Positions 1 to 11,100 of a stretch of DNA of 64,000 nt are shown in pieces. Position 1 is the stretch's first letter, and each line of letters starts with the position of its first letter. A program made the position numbers and the translations under genes. The notes under the pieces are model-generated. The model searched no databases and was not told where the DNA came from. It worked only from the letters and a program-made list of their open reading frames with translations. Source of the DNA: Octopus sinensis (lineage: Eukaryota); contig NC_042999.1 in the NCBI RefSeq assembly GCF_006345805.1, positions 126,790,001 through 126,854,000 of the forward strand, written 5' to 3'.

Positions 1-38
1 TGTTCAGTTTACATACTAATTTAGAATATTTGTAAAAT

Positions 39-39
39 T

Positions 40-96
<57 letters not shown>

Positions 97-120
97 AATA
101 ATAATAATAATAATAATAAT
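39..120. repeat. Compound (AAC)n(AAT)n microsatellite
   Basis: Directly visible trinucleotide runs. Confidence 0.97.
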
Positions 121-540
121 AAAGGTTTCAAATTTTGGCATAAGGCCAGTAATTTTAGGGTTAGGGGTAAGGGGTAAGTCAATTACATCGACCCCAGTAC
201 TCAACTGGTACTTATTTTATCAACTCCAAAAGGATGAAAAGCAAAGTTGACCTCAGTGGAATTTGAACTCAGAAAATTAAGAGCAGGAAGGAATACTGCA
301 AAAACATTTTTTCTCTGACACTAGTAATTCCTTCAGCTCTTCACTTTGGTGGGATTTGAACTCAAAACTTAAAGAACTGAAAGCAATACTGCAAAGAACT
401 TTTTCTGATACTCTAATGATTCTGCCAGCTGGCTATCCTTCTAATAACAATGGTTTCAAATTTTGGCACGAGACCAGCAATTTTAGGGGAGAGGATAAGT
501 CAATTACATTGACCCTGGTGTTCAACAGGTACTTAACTTA
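121..540 (-). mobile_element. SINE family A (tRNA-derived, Nin-domain-like core), one decayed copy plus fragments
   Basis: Reverse complement of the core GACTTTGCCTTTCATCCTTT..GATAAAATAAGTACCAGTTGAGTACTGGGGTCGATGTAAT, also seen at 18864-19081. Confidence 0.8.
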
Positions 541-859
541 AAGCTGGAATACAGAACATTGTAGAATGGAAGGAAATAGTGTAAAACATAGGGTTAAAAA
601 TAGAAGTTGGTTAAATCAGCTTTGATCAAGTAAACCTATGATCAGAAGAATTCCAGATGTAGTCACCTATCTTTTCTTTCTTAAGCAATAGATGACATTA
701 TCTAAAAAGATCTTCACTTTTTTAAAGACAGTAGGATGTGATTTGAGAGATTTGGCTATTATTTCTAGTTGGCTGAATAGCCACAGAAAAGATACTTTGT
801 TGGCTTGTACTAGCAATCAAGCATTCCAGTTGTTTCACTGATTTTATCAAATAAATAAG

Positions 860-1050
860 TCTTTCTAATTTTGGCACAAGGCCAGCAATTTTAAGAGGAG
901 AGAGAAGTTAATTAGTTATTTTATCGAACCTGAAAGGATGAATGGCCATGTGGTCCATGGCAATATTTGAAGTAAGGACAGAAAGAACCAGAGACAAATG
1001 CTGCTAAGCATTTTGTCTGGCACAGTAAGGACTCTGCTGACTTGCTGCAT
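860..1050 (-). mobile_element. SINE family A, decayed
   Basis: TTTTGGCACAAGGCCAGCAATTT...GAAAGGATGAA...CTAAGCATTTTGTCTGG matches the other family A copies. Confidence 0.65.
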
Positions 1051-1206
1051 TTTTTATCCACTAAATAATGATAGGCACAATAAATCCAACTTACATTTTA
1101 CCTTAGATATTGAAATTTCTTATAGTTTATAACCACATGTTTCAACTTTTACTGAGCAATGTTATGCATGTTAACCTTGTCTTTCAGCAATCAGTGAGTA
1201 CATTTT

Positions 1207-1508
1207 TTTCTTCTTAGCATTTAAACTGGCTGTATCCAGTCCAAATATTCTACCTGTTATAGAACAAGTAGAATATTTTGAACCAGTTGGATTGGCCTCT
1301 CACACCTACCTTATAATGTCATTCCACCAGGTAGAATAATTTGAACCAGACTGATCTGGCCTTTCACACCTACCCTATAATGCCACTCTAAAATAAACAA
1401 TTACATCATTGAAATCTCAAAGCTACAAGGTAATGCATAACTAATTCAAATCAATGTGAATAAATAAGCATCATGTTTGACAGAAAAATATGAATGTTAA
1501 AAGGTTAA
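1207..1508. mobile_element. Short non-autonomous element ending ..AAAGGTTAA (piggyBac-MITE-like) with an internal ~60-bp tandem duplication
   Basis: TTAA at the right end; 1267-1322 resembles 1330-1385; its 5' part recurs at 46391-46430. Confidence 0.5.
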
Positions 1509-1779
1509 AAGTTGATACTATTACATTAAGTAGTAAATTCTCAATAAACGATGTTCATAATACAATTTTGATTCCAAGATGGAACTACCAAATAGTCAGG
1601 GGATAGATACAAACAACAGTTATTTTAGACATTTTGATTGTCTCATTTCTTGTAGGTAACTAATTAGAGTTTGTTAGGTTACTAACTGTACATTTCTCAG
1701 GCTAAAATGAACAATTTTTTTGTCAAGGTAATTGTTTAGTTAGATAAATATGCATCCTATTTCTTAATTAGGAGAGATT

Positions 1780-2260
1780 ATGAGAATCAATTCAATATTA
1801 TTCCATCTAAATATTTATGTGTTAAGCCAATTGATTCTCCCAGATCTTGATCCTTGCTATCATGCTACTTCAGATTTATTCATTACTGTTTCAAGAATCC
1901 TTCTTGGTTTCTAATGAAGCACGGGATAGATTGGGGATTATGACTTGAGATTTTTAAAGGTAATATTGTTTATGTAATGATGTCTGTTCACAGCACAAAA
2001 GCTTTTTATTCATGCTTTATTCTGACAATAGATTTATCTTAACAATAATGATACAGTGTTGTTCTTGTAATTTCTTGACTATGAAATTATCTCAGATATT
2101 GACCATGTATTTGTCTTCACATCTCACTACATTGTCTGTTTTAACTGAAGCATTACTTGACAGGATCTTCATTGTCCCTTCTGCTGCTCTTCTTGTATGT
2201 TAATACCCTGTGGTTTTTCCAATGTAAATGTTCCATTGTTGGTATAGATGCAAGTCAAAA
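1780..2260 (-). pseudogene. Possible highly decayed Penelope GIY-YIG fragment
   Basis: Minus-strand translation gives YIGKTT near 2215-2235; many stops; weak. Confidence 0.25.
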
Positions 2261-2349
2261 CAATGCTTTCAGTTAGCAAAGGGGACTCTCCTTACCAAAT
2301 GGATAAATTATTGAGACAAACAGGATAAAAACAAAAATGCTTTATATAT

Positions 2350-2505
2350 TAACCCCAGTACTCAATTGGTACTTATTTTATCAACCCTGAATGGATGAAA
2401 GGCAAAGTCAGCCTTAGCAGGATTTGAACTCAGAATGTAAAGACAGATGAAATGCCACTAAACATTTTGCCTGGCATGCTAACGATTCTATCAGATCACT
2501 GCCTT
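2350..2505 (-). mobile_element. SINE family A
   Basis: CCCCAGTACTCAATTGGTACTTATTTTATCAACCCTGAATGGATGAAAGGCAAAGTC. Confidence 0.8.
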
Positions 2506-3089
2506 AAAACTAGGGGTACATTAAGGTCCAAGAGGCTGAGGTTAGGAAGGTGGGACTAGACACTTCAAGTGATCTTTCTCCATGATCTGAAAAGTAGGGG
2601 AAACATTGTATCTCTGCAAAATTTCCTATTCCCATCATAGTCAAATAATATATTTATTTAGTGGATGCTGATGTTTTATGAAATGTAACACAAAATGGAT
2701 TATTGCACATAAGCTGTTACATGTTGTCTGACCTGGGTCTAATAGCAGATTACTAAGATGACAAGGAACTCTTGTTCAAATCTGAACATAGTGAAGTGTT
2801 TATGTTTCCTTCTCTAGTACTGAAAGGAGGTAGAGGAAATTGAACTGAGAACTAGAAAATCACAAAATATTTATGATTTTGTAGTGGTCCATGTCATTTT
2901 TATGTTAGTGTGCATACATTCATAATACTGATTTAAATCTAAGAAGACTGAACCAGTTAAAGTTAAATATCTTGATTATGTAAAAAGTGCAGTGTAGGTG
3001 ATGGGATATGAACTTTACTGTATTGATATGGTATAGTTTACTTAAGTTACTTTAAGTTAAAGTTACTGTTATAGTGAAAGACATACCAA

Positions 3090-3310
3090 GATGATGAGTT
3101 GGCAGAAAAGTTAGAGAAATGTTGAGAAAAATGCTTTGGGGTATTTCTTCTAACTCATTATGTTTTGAGATGAAATTCTGCTGTGGTTGACTTTGCCTTT
3201 CATCCTTTCGGGGTCAATAAAATAAGTGTCAGTTGAACACTGAGGTTGATATAATTGACTAACTCCATCCCCCAAAATTGCAGGCCTTGTGCCAAAATTC
3301 GAAAGAATTA
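3090..3310 (+). mobile_element. SINE family A
   Basis: GAGTTGGCAGAA head and GACTTTGCCTTTCATCCTTTCGGGGTC core. Confidence 0.8.
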
Positions 3311-4070
3311 TGAAAGACATACCAAAAATGTCCCAAATTTGGTTTGGTATGAGAGAAAATTTTTTGTTATGCTAATTATTCTCAACTTTGCAATTCAGAG
3401 CTCATATCTCATATGGAAATGTACTGTGAGTAGTTGTGGAATGTGTTATAGCAGTGCATGTATTATCCTACTGGAGCCTTCTAGAATAGTGTGTATGATA
3501 TGCAAATTATATGAATATATGATGTTTTATAACTTGATATTGTATTGCAAATGTATTGGATGTGATGATATTTTCAAATATGAAATGCAGATTAAATATT
3601 TATCTGATAAAATCTTAGTCTAACAACATCCTTTGACAACTGTATGACTTTACTTTGTATTTATAAGTATCATTATTATCATTATATCTTATCTCAAATT
3701 ATGTAAAATAATTTTTAGTTCAAATGATTGTTCAGGGCAAATTTTGTAAAGACTTTTTTTAACAGCTTTTAAATACTGCATGTTTTGTCTGAATGGCCAA
3801 AATTAGCGTTGTTGTCATCTTTATGAGAGAACTTCTTGTGTTGTGGAAGATAAGACAAAAGTATCAAAGTCATAAATGTGAGTAGAGTTAAAAAAAAGAC
3901 AAAAACAAAAACATATAATAAGTAAGAAACAAGTAAATAATACAAACAATCCTAAAACAAAAATATGCAAAGAATAACATCAAATAAAAACATTAAGATG
4001 AGAGTTGTACAAGTTTCATTTACTCTTTCTTAGGTTTTCAAAGTTTCTTTGAAAAGAAGAATATACATTT

Positions 4071-4071
4071 A

Positions 4072-4147
<76 letters not shown>
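4071..4147. repeat. (GT)n microsatellite
   Basis: Directly visible. Confidence 0.97.
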
Positions 4148-4148
<1 letters not shown>

Positions 4149-4404
4149 ATGTGTGCACGTGCATGCATGTGTGGGTGTATGTGTCATTATTCAATTTTAT
4201 TTCAAGATTTCTTGTCAATAGAGAAAGAGTCACTTTCTAACCCAGACCCAAAGCTCCTTCATTGGAATCTCAACATCAGCAACAGGGTATTTTTGCTTGT
4301 ATGTGTGTATATGTGCAATATTTGGAGTCAGTGCATGAGCGGATTTATATCTCTTGTTTTATGTATGTATTCTCATGCATATAGTAACATGTCCAGACAT
4401 GTTC

Positions 4405-4685
4405 ATATATACGTAAGTGATAAACTTCTGGAAAGTTTTACAAATTTTACAGTTCTAGTGATAGCTTGGATATGTAGTCTTCGAATTAGCTTTCTCCTTT
4501 CTGATTTTGAGAAGCTTAATTTCTGAAGATTGATACTTAGGCAGTGTGTTACATATCCCAGGGTACCAATAATTATGGTATAAACTTGATCTTGTAATCT
4601 GGGTAGAGTAACTGCAAATTTCTCAATAGTTCTGCATAGGTATTTTCAATTTGCTGATCTTTAGTCTTATGTTAATATCCACTGG

Positions 4686-4686
<1 letters not shown>
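4405..4686 (-). mobile_element. R4/Dong-like (restriction-like endonuclease) LINE, 3' fragment
   Basis: Minus strand reads, with lesions, PVDINIRLKI..ELLRNLQLLYPDYKIKFIP.IIGTLGYVTHCL..CKTF, a typical RLE C-terminus. Confidence 0.65.
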
Positions 4687-4716
<30 letters not shown>

Positions 4717-4850
4717 TGTATGTATGTATGTATGTATGTATGTATGTATGTATGTGCGTACGTATGTATGTATTATGTATGTATGTATGTATATATGTAC
4801 ATACGTATGTATGTACGAATGTACTAATTGAAATACATATATGTATGTAA

Positions 4851-4891
<41 letters not shown>

Positions 4892-4897
4892 TATATA

Positions 4898-5232
4898 TTC
4901 TTTTCTTTTATTCTTTTACTTGTTTCAGTTATTTGATTGCCTTAAAGGGTTTTAGTCAAAGAAATTGACCCCAGGACTTATTCTTTGTAAGCCTAGTACT
5001 TATTCTATCAGTATCTTTTGCTGAACCACAAAGCTATGGGGACATAAACACATCAACATTGGTTGTCAAGCAATGGTGGGGGGGGAGGGACAAACACAGA
5101 TACAAAGACACACACACACACAAAATGGCCTTCTTTCAGTTTCTGTCTACCAAATCCACTCACAAGGCTTTGGTCGGCCCAAGGTTATAGCAGAAGACAC
5201 TTGCTCAAGTGCCACGCAGTTGGACTGAACTT
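4898..5232 (-). mobile_element. SINE family B (tRNA-derived, internal microsatellite)
   Basis: CTACCAAATCCACTCACAAGGCTTTGGTCGGCC and GACCCCAGGACTTATTCTTTGTAAGCCTAGTAC as in 49194-49594. Confidence 0.85.
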
Positions 5233-5651
5233 TGTTTCTTTCTCTCATCCTCTCTCTTTTCTCCCTTTCTTTCCCTCATCTTCTCTCTTGTCCATCTTCC
5301 ACTCTGCCTCTTGAGCACATGTGATTATAGGCCTTTTTTCTCGCCTCTGTCTTTTCTGGATGCAACGTCCAATTAGCTGGACACTGTTTCCCACTTCTCT
5401 CACCTCTCGACATTTTTTCCTCTTCTACTGTTTTCATCTCTTCTATTTATTCTATGTACTTTCAAAATTTCTCCCAGGCATTACCCATCACAGTTCATCT
5501 TGGCCTAAAATCCCTTAATGTTTGTCTTCATTGATTGTTTACTCTGTACATCCACTCTGTTGTTGTTTGTTTGTTTGAAGCCCTAACTCACCACAAATAT
5601 TTTATATTTTAAAAATTTCTGGATGCTGCTAATATATATATATATATATAT

Positions 5652-5835
5652 AAAGTTAATCCAAACATGAAAGCACAAAAAAAAACACAACAACGCGAGG
5701 ACGTGGAACAAATATAGTATTATTGGACACTCAGGAAAGAAGGAAAGAAGGAGGGTTTAACGTTTTGAGCGGAGCTCTTCGTCGGAAACATAGGAGAAGG
5801 AAAGATCCAGAGAAGGGAAGACAGAGGAGAGCGAG
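5652..5835 (-). mobile_element. Penelope-type terminal-repeat fragment carrying a degenerate minimal hammerhead (5755-5789)
   Basis: Minus strand: GUUU-CCGACGA-A-GAGC-UCC-GCUC-AAAAC-GUU-AAAC. Confidence 0.45.
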
Positions 5836-5838
5836 TGA

Positions 5839-6203
5839 TAGTGTTAAAACACAGAAAACTTTTAGTAGCAGGCATAGGTCACCTAGAAACAGCAGTGGAA
5901 TTATTAAATCTATATCTCTGCTTATTAGCTTCAGCAGCAGCAAACATCCACAGACAAATATCAGCAGCAGGCTTCTGTTGCTAATAATGAATTTCTGTCC
6001 TGCCTGCCAGCTAAATGCAACATCAGTGACCTTATGATCATTGTTTAACTATATCAGCTTGCAGCCAAGGTTTGCTTGACATATGATGAAATGGATATTT
6101 CCTACCAAAGAAGCTAACAAGTAGAAATCTAGATCCAGCAATTCCACTACCCTACTGGATGACCTTCACCTGCTACTGATGTTTTACTGCATTTTTAACA
6201 CTA
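5839..6203. mobile_element. MITE with ~95-bp degenerate terminal inverted repeats
   Basis: TAGTGTTAAAA...TTAGCTTC (5839-5932) is inverted relative to GAAGCTAAC...TTTTAACACTA (6111-6203). Confidence 0.7.
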
Positions 6204-6308
6204 TATATCTATAGGAGATGCTTTTTCAAGAGGAACACCCCAGTATAGAAGATTTTCAATAGAATAGATACTTTAAGTGTGCATACAGATCATTAGTACA
6301 TACATACA

Positions 6309-6344
<36 letters not shown>

Positions 6345-6771
6345 TATACATACATGCATACATACATGCATACATACATGCATATATACATGCTCTAAGT
6401 TAGAAGCTGGCTCTTTCTCTATTGGCAAGAAATCTTGAAATATAACTGAGTAATAACATACCACTGTATATATATATATATATATATAATATATATATAT
6501 ATAATAATAATTTCCTTTATATATATATATATATATAAAGAAAATTATTAGTTAGAAGTTATGCAGCCATCTAAGGGATAAAGTGTATCCGTAGGCACTA
6601 CTGGTATATTACCTCACTATGTATAGTCCTAGCTAAAAGGTATGCAGTAGTTGGTAATTTAAAGGTAAAATCATGGTTTAATATATACAGAAAAGAAAAG
6701 AAATGGATCAATAAATAACAATGAGAAGTTGATCATTGGTATTAAAAGGTCACAGTTTAATTGTAGTTCAG

Positions 6772-6856
6772 AATCATTTACAGCTGTTTCTGTTTATCAA
6801 ATTGAAGTAAATTTGCATTTATCTCATTCCATTTAACAAACATCGTCAGAATGATT
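6772..6856 (-). ncRNA. Type I hammerhead ribozyme (long stem II, palindromic minimal stem III)
   Basis: AAUCAUU-CUGACGA-UGUUUGUUAAAU..AUUUGAUAAACA-GAAAC-AGCU-GUA-AAUGAUU; all core nucleotides present, perfect 7-bp stem I. Confidence 0.8.
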
Positions 6857-7304
6857 TAGAGGAATATAAATAGGAGAAAACTGGAAATGAAAGGAAAAGG
6901 AAAAGGCAAAAGAAAAAGGAAAAAGTTTGTTAAGTCTTTAGGCTTACATTTTAGTGACTCTTTGGGTTCCATGTGTGTGTATGTTTCTTCAGTTAGATGA
7001 ATGGAGCCATAAGTGGGGAAAATGACTAGTTGACTGGCAGTGTTAGTTGAAGGAGTTATATCTAGTGGAGATATCCAGTGTTGTTAATTGTAATATATAA
7101 CACTATTAGTGACTGCTAGGTTAGTTCCTATGATTACAAATGATGCCCTTGTTAAAAACTAAGGATACTTTTTAAAGTTAGTACGACATAATGTATATAT
7201 ATGAGCTACATAAAGGAATAATAAAAAAGGTAAAGAGTAAATAAATAAAAAAATACTTTTCCTTTTCCTTTCATTTCCCTTTTTCTCCAATTTATATTCC
7301 TCTA

Positions 7305-7389
7305 AATCATTCTGATGATGTTTGTTAAATGAAACGAGATAAATTCAAATTTACTTCGATTTGATAAACAGAAACATCTGTAAATGGTT
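7305..7389 (+). ncRNA. Type I hammerhead ribozyme, sister copy
   Basis: AAUCAUU-CUGAUGA(7312-7318)-12-bp stem II-GAAAC(7371)-AUCU-GUA(7380-7382)-AAUGGUU. Confidence 0.75.
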
Positions 7390-7629
7390 CTGAACTACAA
7401 TTAAACTATGACCTTTTAATACCAATAATAAACTTTTCATTGTTATATACACACACACAGATACATACGAATATGTATATATTTATATATATACACATAT
7501 ATATGCATACTCTCATGCATACATAAATAGATACATATATGCATATATATATATATATGTGTGTATATGTGCATGTATGTTTGTGTGAATGCATGTAAGT
7601 GCATGCATATATATGAGCATTGGTAATAA

Positions 7630-8518
7630 ACAGCTTCTCTCTCTCAGAGTGAAAGGCAGATTGTATGATGCCTGTGTGTGAACAGATATGCTACATGGTA
7701 GTTAAACATGGGCTGTGACTGTGAGGACATGTAGGCTTGAAAACAATTAAGCCAGTATGCTTCATTGGAAGTGCAATATCAGTGTGCATGTACAACAGGG
7801 TGTAAATGCCTTGAGAGAAAAGTTGGGCATAAGAGGCATTAGATGTGGTGTACTAGAAAGATGACTGTGCTGGTATAGTTATATGATGAAGGAGTCCCAA
7901 TCACTAACAGTGGAAAGAAGCTGTGGAAGAGAGACGAGATGGTGAAGCATGATCTTTGAATGTTGGGTCTTATGGAGGCAATGATTAGTGACTGAGACTT
8001 TTGGCGATATGCCATGCTTGAGAAGACCCATCAAGCCAAGTGAAATTATAGTAATGGCTGGTGTCATATAACTGGCACCCATGCTAGGAGATGTAAAAAG
8101 CATCTTTCAAGTGTTGGGCCTTATGGAGGCGATGTGGCTAATGCCAGTGTTGCATAACTAGCACCTGTGCTGGCAACACATAAAAAGCACCTTTTGAGTA
8201 TTGGGCCACATGGAGGCAATAACAAATGGCTGAGACTTTTGGCAATATGCTGTGTTTCAAAAGAAGACCCATCAAACCAAGTGAAATTGTAGTCATTGCA
8301 GATAGTGGTGTCGGACAATTGGCACCTGTGGTGGCGGCATATAAAAGCACCCATTACACTCTCAGAGTGGTTAGTATTAGGAAGGGCATCCTGACACAGA
8401 AATCATGTCAAATCAGACTGGAGTCTGGTGCAGTTCCCCCTCTCCCCAGCTTACAAGCCCTGGCCAAACTGTCCAACCCATGCCAGCATAGACAACGGAC
8501 AGTAAATGATGATGATGA
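7630..8518 (+). mobile_element. RTE-clade LINE, decayed 3' part with (GAT)n tail
   Basis: CTCAGAGTGAAAGGCAGATTGTATGATGC..CTACATGGTAGT as in 31178-32400; RTE 3' end GGAAGGGCATCC..GTCCAACCCATGCCAGC. Confidence 0.85.
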
Positions 8519-8526
8519 TATATATA

Positions 8527-8582
<56 letters not shown>

Positions 8583-9064
8583 GGCACACATACATGGAGC
8601 TTCATTTACACACACATATCTAGTCTTTTGGTTATTTCTTACAATTGCTAGGATGAGCAAGCACTATTGTAAATGACAGTAAAGAAATAAGGTTATTGTA
8701 ACCACAATATTTATATCTGAAAGCATACCATTCAAATTATTATTTGCCCAGCATGTTAAAAATAAATCAGTCAAGTGACAATCATCATTTGACGCAAAGA
8801 TTTCTTTTTCATTCTACTCTGTGTAAAAAGAGTCTTTTAAAAATTGAACTTGCAACAGTAATGGGCGTAATGCTTGCTTGTTTTGGTTTAGGTTCATTGC
8901 GTTTTTAGTTTTGTTGTATAGATTTAAGCCTGGGAATCTTTGGGCTGATAAGTAAGTTAAAAAAATTTAATGCAAGCATTAAACTACTTTATCTGATAAA
9001 TAACAATGGTTGAGACCATCACTCATAACAACAACAACAACAACGATTTCAAACGAATTCAGAG

Positions 9065-9212
9065 ACTGGGTAAGTTGATTACATTGACCCCAGTGCTCAA
9101 CTAGTACTTATTTTATTGACTCTAAAAGGATGAAAGGCCAAGTCAACCCCAGTAGAATTTGAACTCAGAATGTAAAGATGGACAGACTGCTGCGAAGCAT
9201 TTTGCCCAGCGT
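9065..9212 (-). mobile_element. SINE family A
   Basis: GACCCCAGTGCTCAACTAGTACTTATTTTATTGAC..AGGATGAAAGGC. Confidence 0.75.
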
Positions 9213-9219
9213 AACCTTA

Positions 9220-9580
9220 AGAAAATATATGCAAAGGAAGAAGGTGGTAGCATAATGTAAAAAAGTATGTGGAATTTGGGATGAAATAATGGCACATGTT
9301 GCATAATGCCCCAAGTTGAGAATATAGGAAATGGAAGAATGATCAAGTTGGGAAAGTTTTGCACTAAAAGCTTCGTCAAAAATGGGGTTTTGAAGCTGAA
9401 AGTACATGGTAAAATCGTTGGGTAGAATGAGAACCTGAGTTGGAAAAATCCAAGAAGATAGAACATCGCAAGCCAAATATTACAATAATAGACAAGGGAA
9501 AGCAAATTTGCTAACTGATTGATCCATCACATACATTTGATTCCAGGATTGTGAAGAAAAACGATGAAACTTAGTGCACA
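9220..9580 (+). mobile_element. R4/Dong-like LINE fragment (zinc knuckle plus RLE)
   Basis: Decayed VCGIWDEIMAHVA.CPKL and EHRKPNITIIDKGK..LIDPS (PD..D endonuclease region). Confidence 0.55.
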
Positions 9581-9771
9581 TGCACAGCAAAGTTCAAGAT
9601 CAATCTGTGCTAAGCAGCTTCACTCAGTATGCTTTAGCTTCGTTACTATGGCAACAGTCCAGATACTTATTGATCCGACCATGTATGTACATACATACAT
9701 ACATACATACATACATGCATACATACACACACATATATTTATGTATGTATATATATATATATATATTATAT

Positions 9772-9804
<33 letters not shown>

Positions 9805-10035
9805 CAATGTGTGTGTGTGTCTTTGTATCTGTGTTTCTTCCCAACCATCACTTGGCAACTGGTGTTGGTGTGTTTACATCCCCATAACTTAGTGGTTCAG
9901 AGGCCAATAGGTACTAGGATATCATAAGTACCAGAATTTAAATAATAAGTTCTGAGGTCAATTCCTTTAGCTAAAATGCTTCAAAGCAGTTGCTCCAGCA
10001 TGGCTCCAGTCAAATGACTGAAACAAGTAAAAAAA
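9805..10035 (+). mobile_element. SINE family B, 3' half
   Basis: GGTGTGTTTACATCCCCATAACTTAG..CAAATGACTGAAACAAGTAAAA. Confidence 0.75.
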
Positions 10036-10631
10036 AATTATAAAAATATATATAGCCAAAAACCTCTTCTATTACTGCCTCTCGAAGTGACAACTTTACT
10101 GAAGTAATGAAATAACTCACCTCAGGTATGAAACAAAATGTGATGAACAGAAAGAGAGAGAAGAAGGGGGAAAAAGGCGAGAGAGGGAGAGAAATATTGT
10201 TCATTGATTGACAAATTAATTTCAACAGAGAGCTGATGCATGACCTCACAGTCTGTGGAATCTAGCAGCTAAAACTCACATAAGACATACTCTACACTCA
10301 TTAACATAAAACCACACACACACATATACAAACATGCACAAATACCCAAACACACACACTCAAGCACATATGATTTGTTTAATATTTTTTTATCCATGCT
10401 ATTATGACAGACTAGAGTAGATATGAGGCAGGATTTTCATAGTCATACGCACTTCCTGTCACCCAACCTTCACCGGTTTTTCATGCAAGGGATTTTTTAC
10501 TACAAAGGAATCTGAAAGCATGGAACTAATGAACAACTTTGCTGGCAGCAGTTTGAACACAAACCATGGCACCTCATCACCACCATCATCATCACTTTTA
10601 CCAGCTTCACCTTAATTACTCTTACGCCCTC

Positions 10632-10910
10632 TTATGCAATGCAGTATATCTCCTCTACAGCAACAAGAATGTTCCTAACACTTCTATGATGCTTTAACTT
10701 CTCAATACCTTGCACAATGGTGCTGTTGATTCTGTTCACGTTTCTGCTGCTGCTACTATTGGTACTGACGTCCTTGCTACTGTGGTCACTGTTAGGGGAG
10801 CTGCTGATAAGGTTGGCCAGCACCTTGGCTTCATAGACAACTCCCTTGGTTTCACAGTGGCCCCTCACTAGGCATCTGTTGCAATCCCTACATGAACATC
10901 CTGCCTCCAC
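10632..10910 (-). pseudogene. Penelope-like GIY-YIG fragment
   Basis: CSCRDCNRCLVRGHCETKGVVYEAKV matches the CxC..C..C..VVY motif preceding PLE GIY-YIG; compare 43017-43090. Confidence 0.55.
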
Positions 10911-11100
10911 TTGAAAACCGATGCTGGCATGTTTACGTTCCTATAACTTAGTGGTTCAGCAAAAGAGACCAATAGAATAAATACTAGGCTTTCAAAGAAT
11001 AAGTCCTGGTATCAGTTTCTGCGACTAAAAGTCCATTAAGGTGGTGCTCCGGCATGGCTGCTGTCAAATGACTGAAACAAGTAAAAGAATAAAAGAATAT
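10911..11100 (+). mobile_element. SINE family B, 3' half
   Basis: CCGATGCTGG..GGTGGTGCTCCGGCATGGC..GACTGAAACAAGTAAAAGAATAAAAG. Confidence 0.8.

Larger units (their letters stand above)
6715..7446. mobile_element. ~190-bp inverted repeat pair (6715-6905 and 7256-7446), Penelope-like pseudo-LTRs, each with a hammerhead
   Basis: Arms are near-exact reverse complements around a ~350-bp spacer. Confidence 0.8.

Noticed and set aside
3255-3623. 122-aa ORF
   Set aside because: Starts inside a SINE at a non-AUG codon and runs through AT-rich non-coding-like sequence
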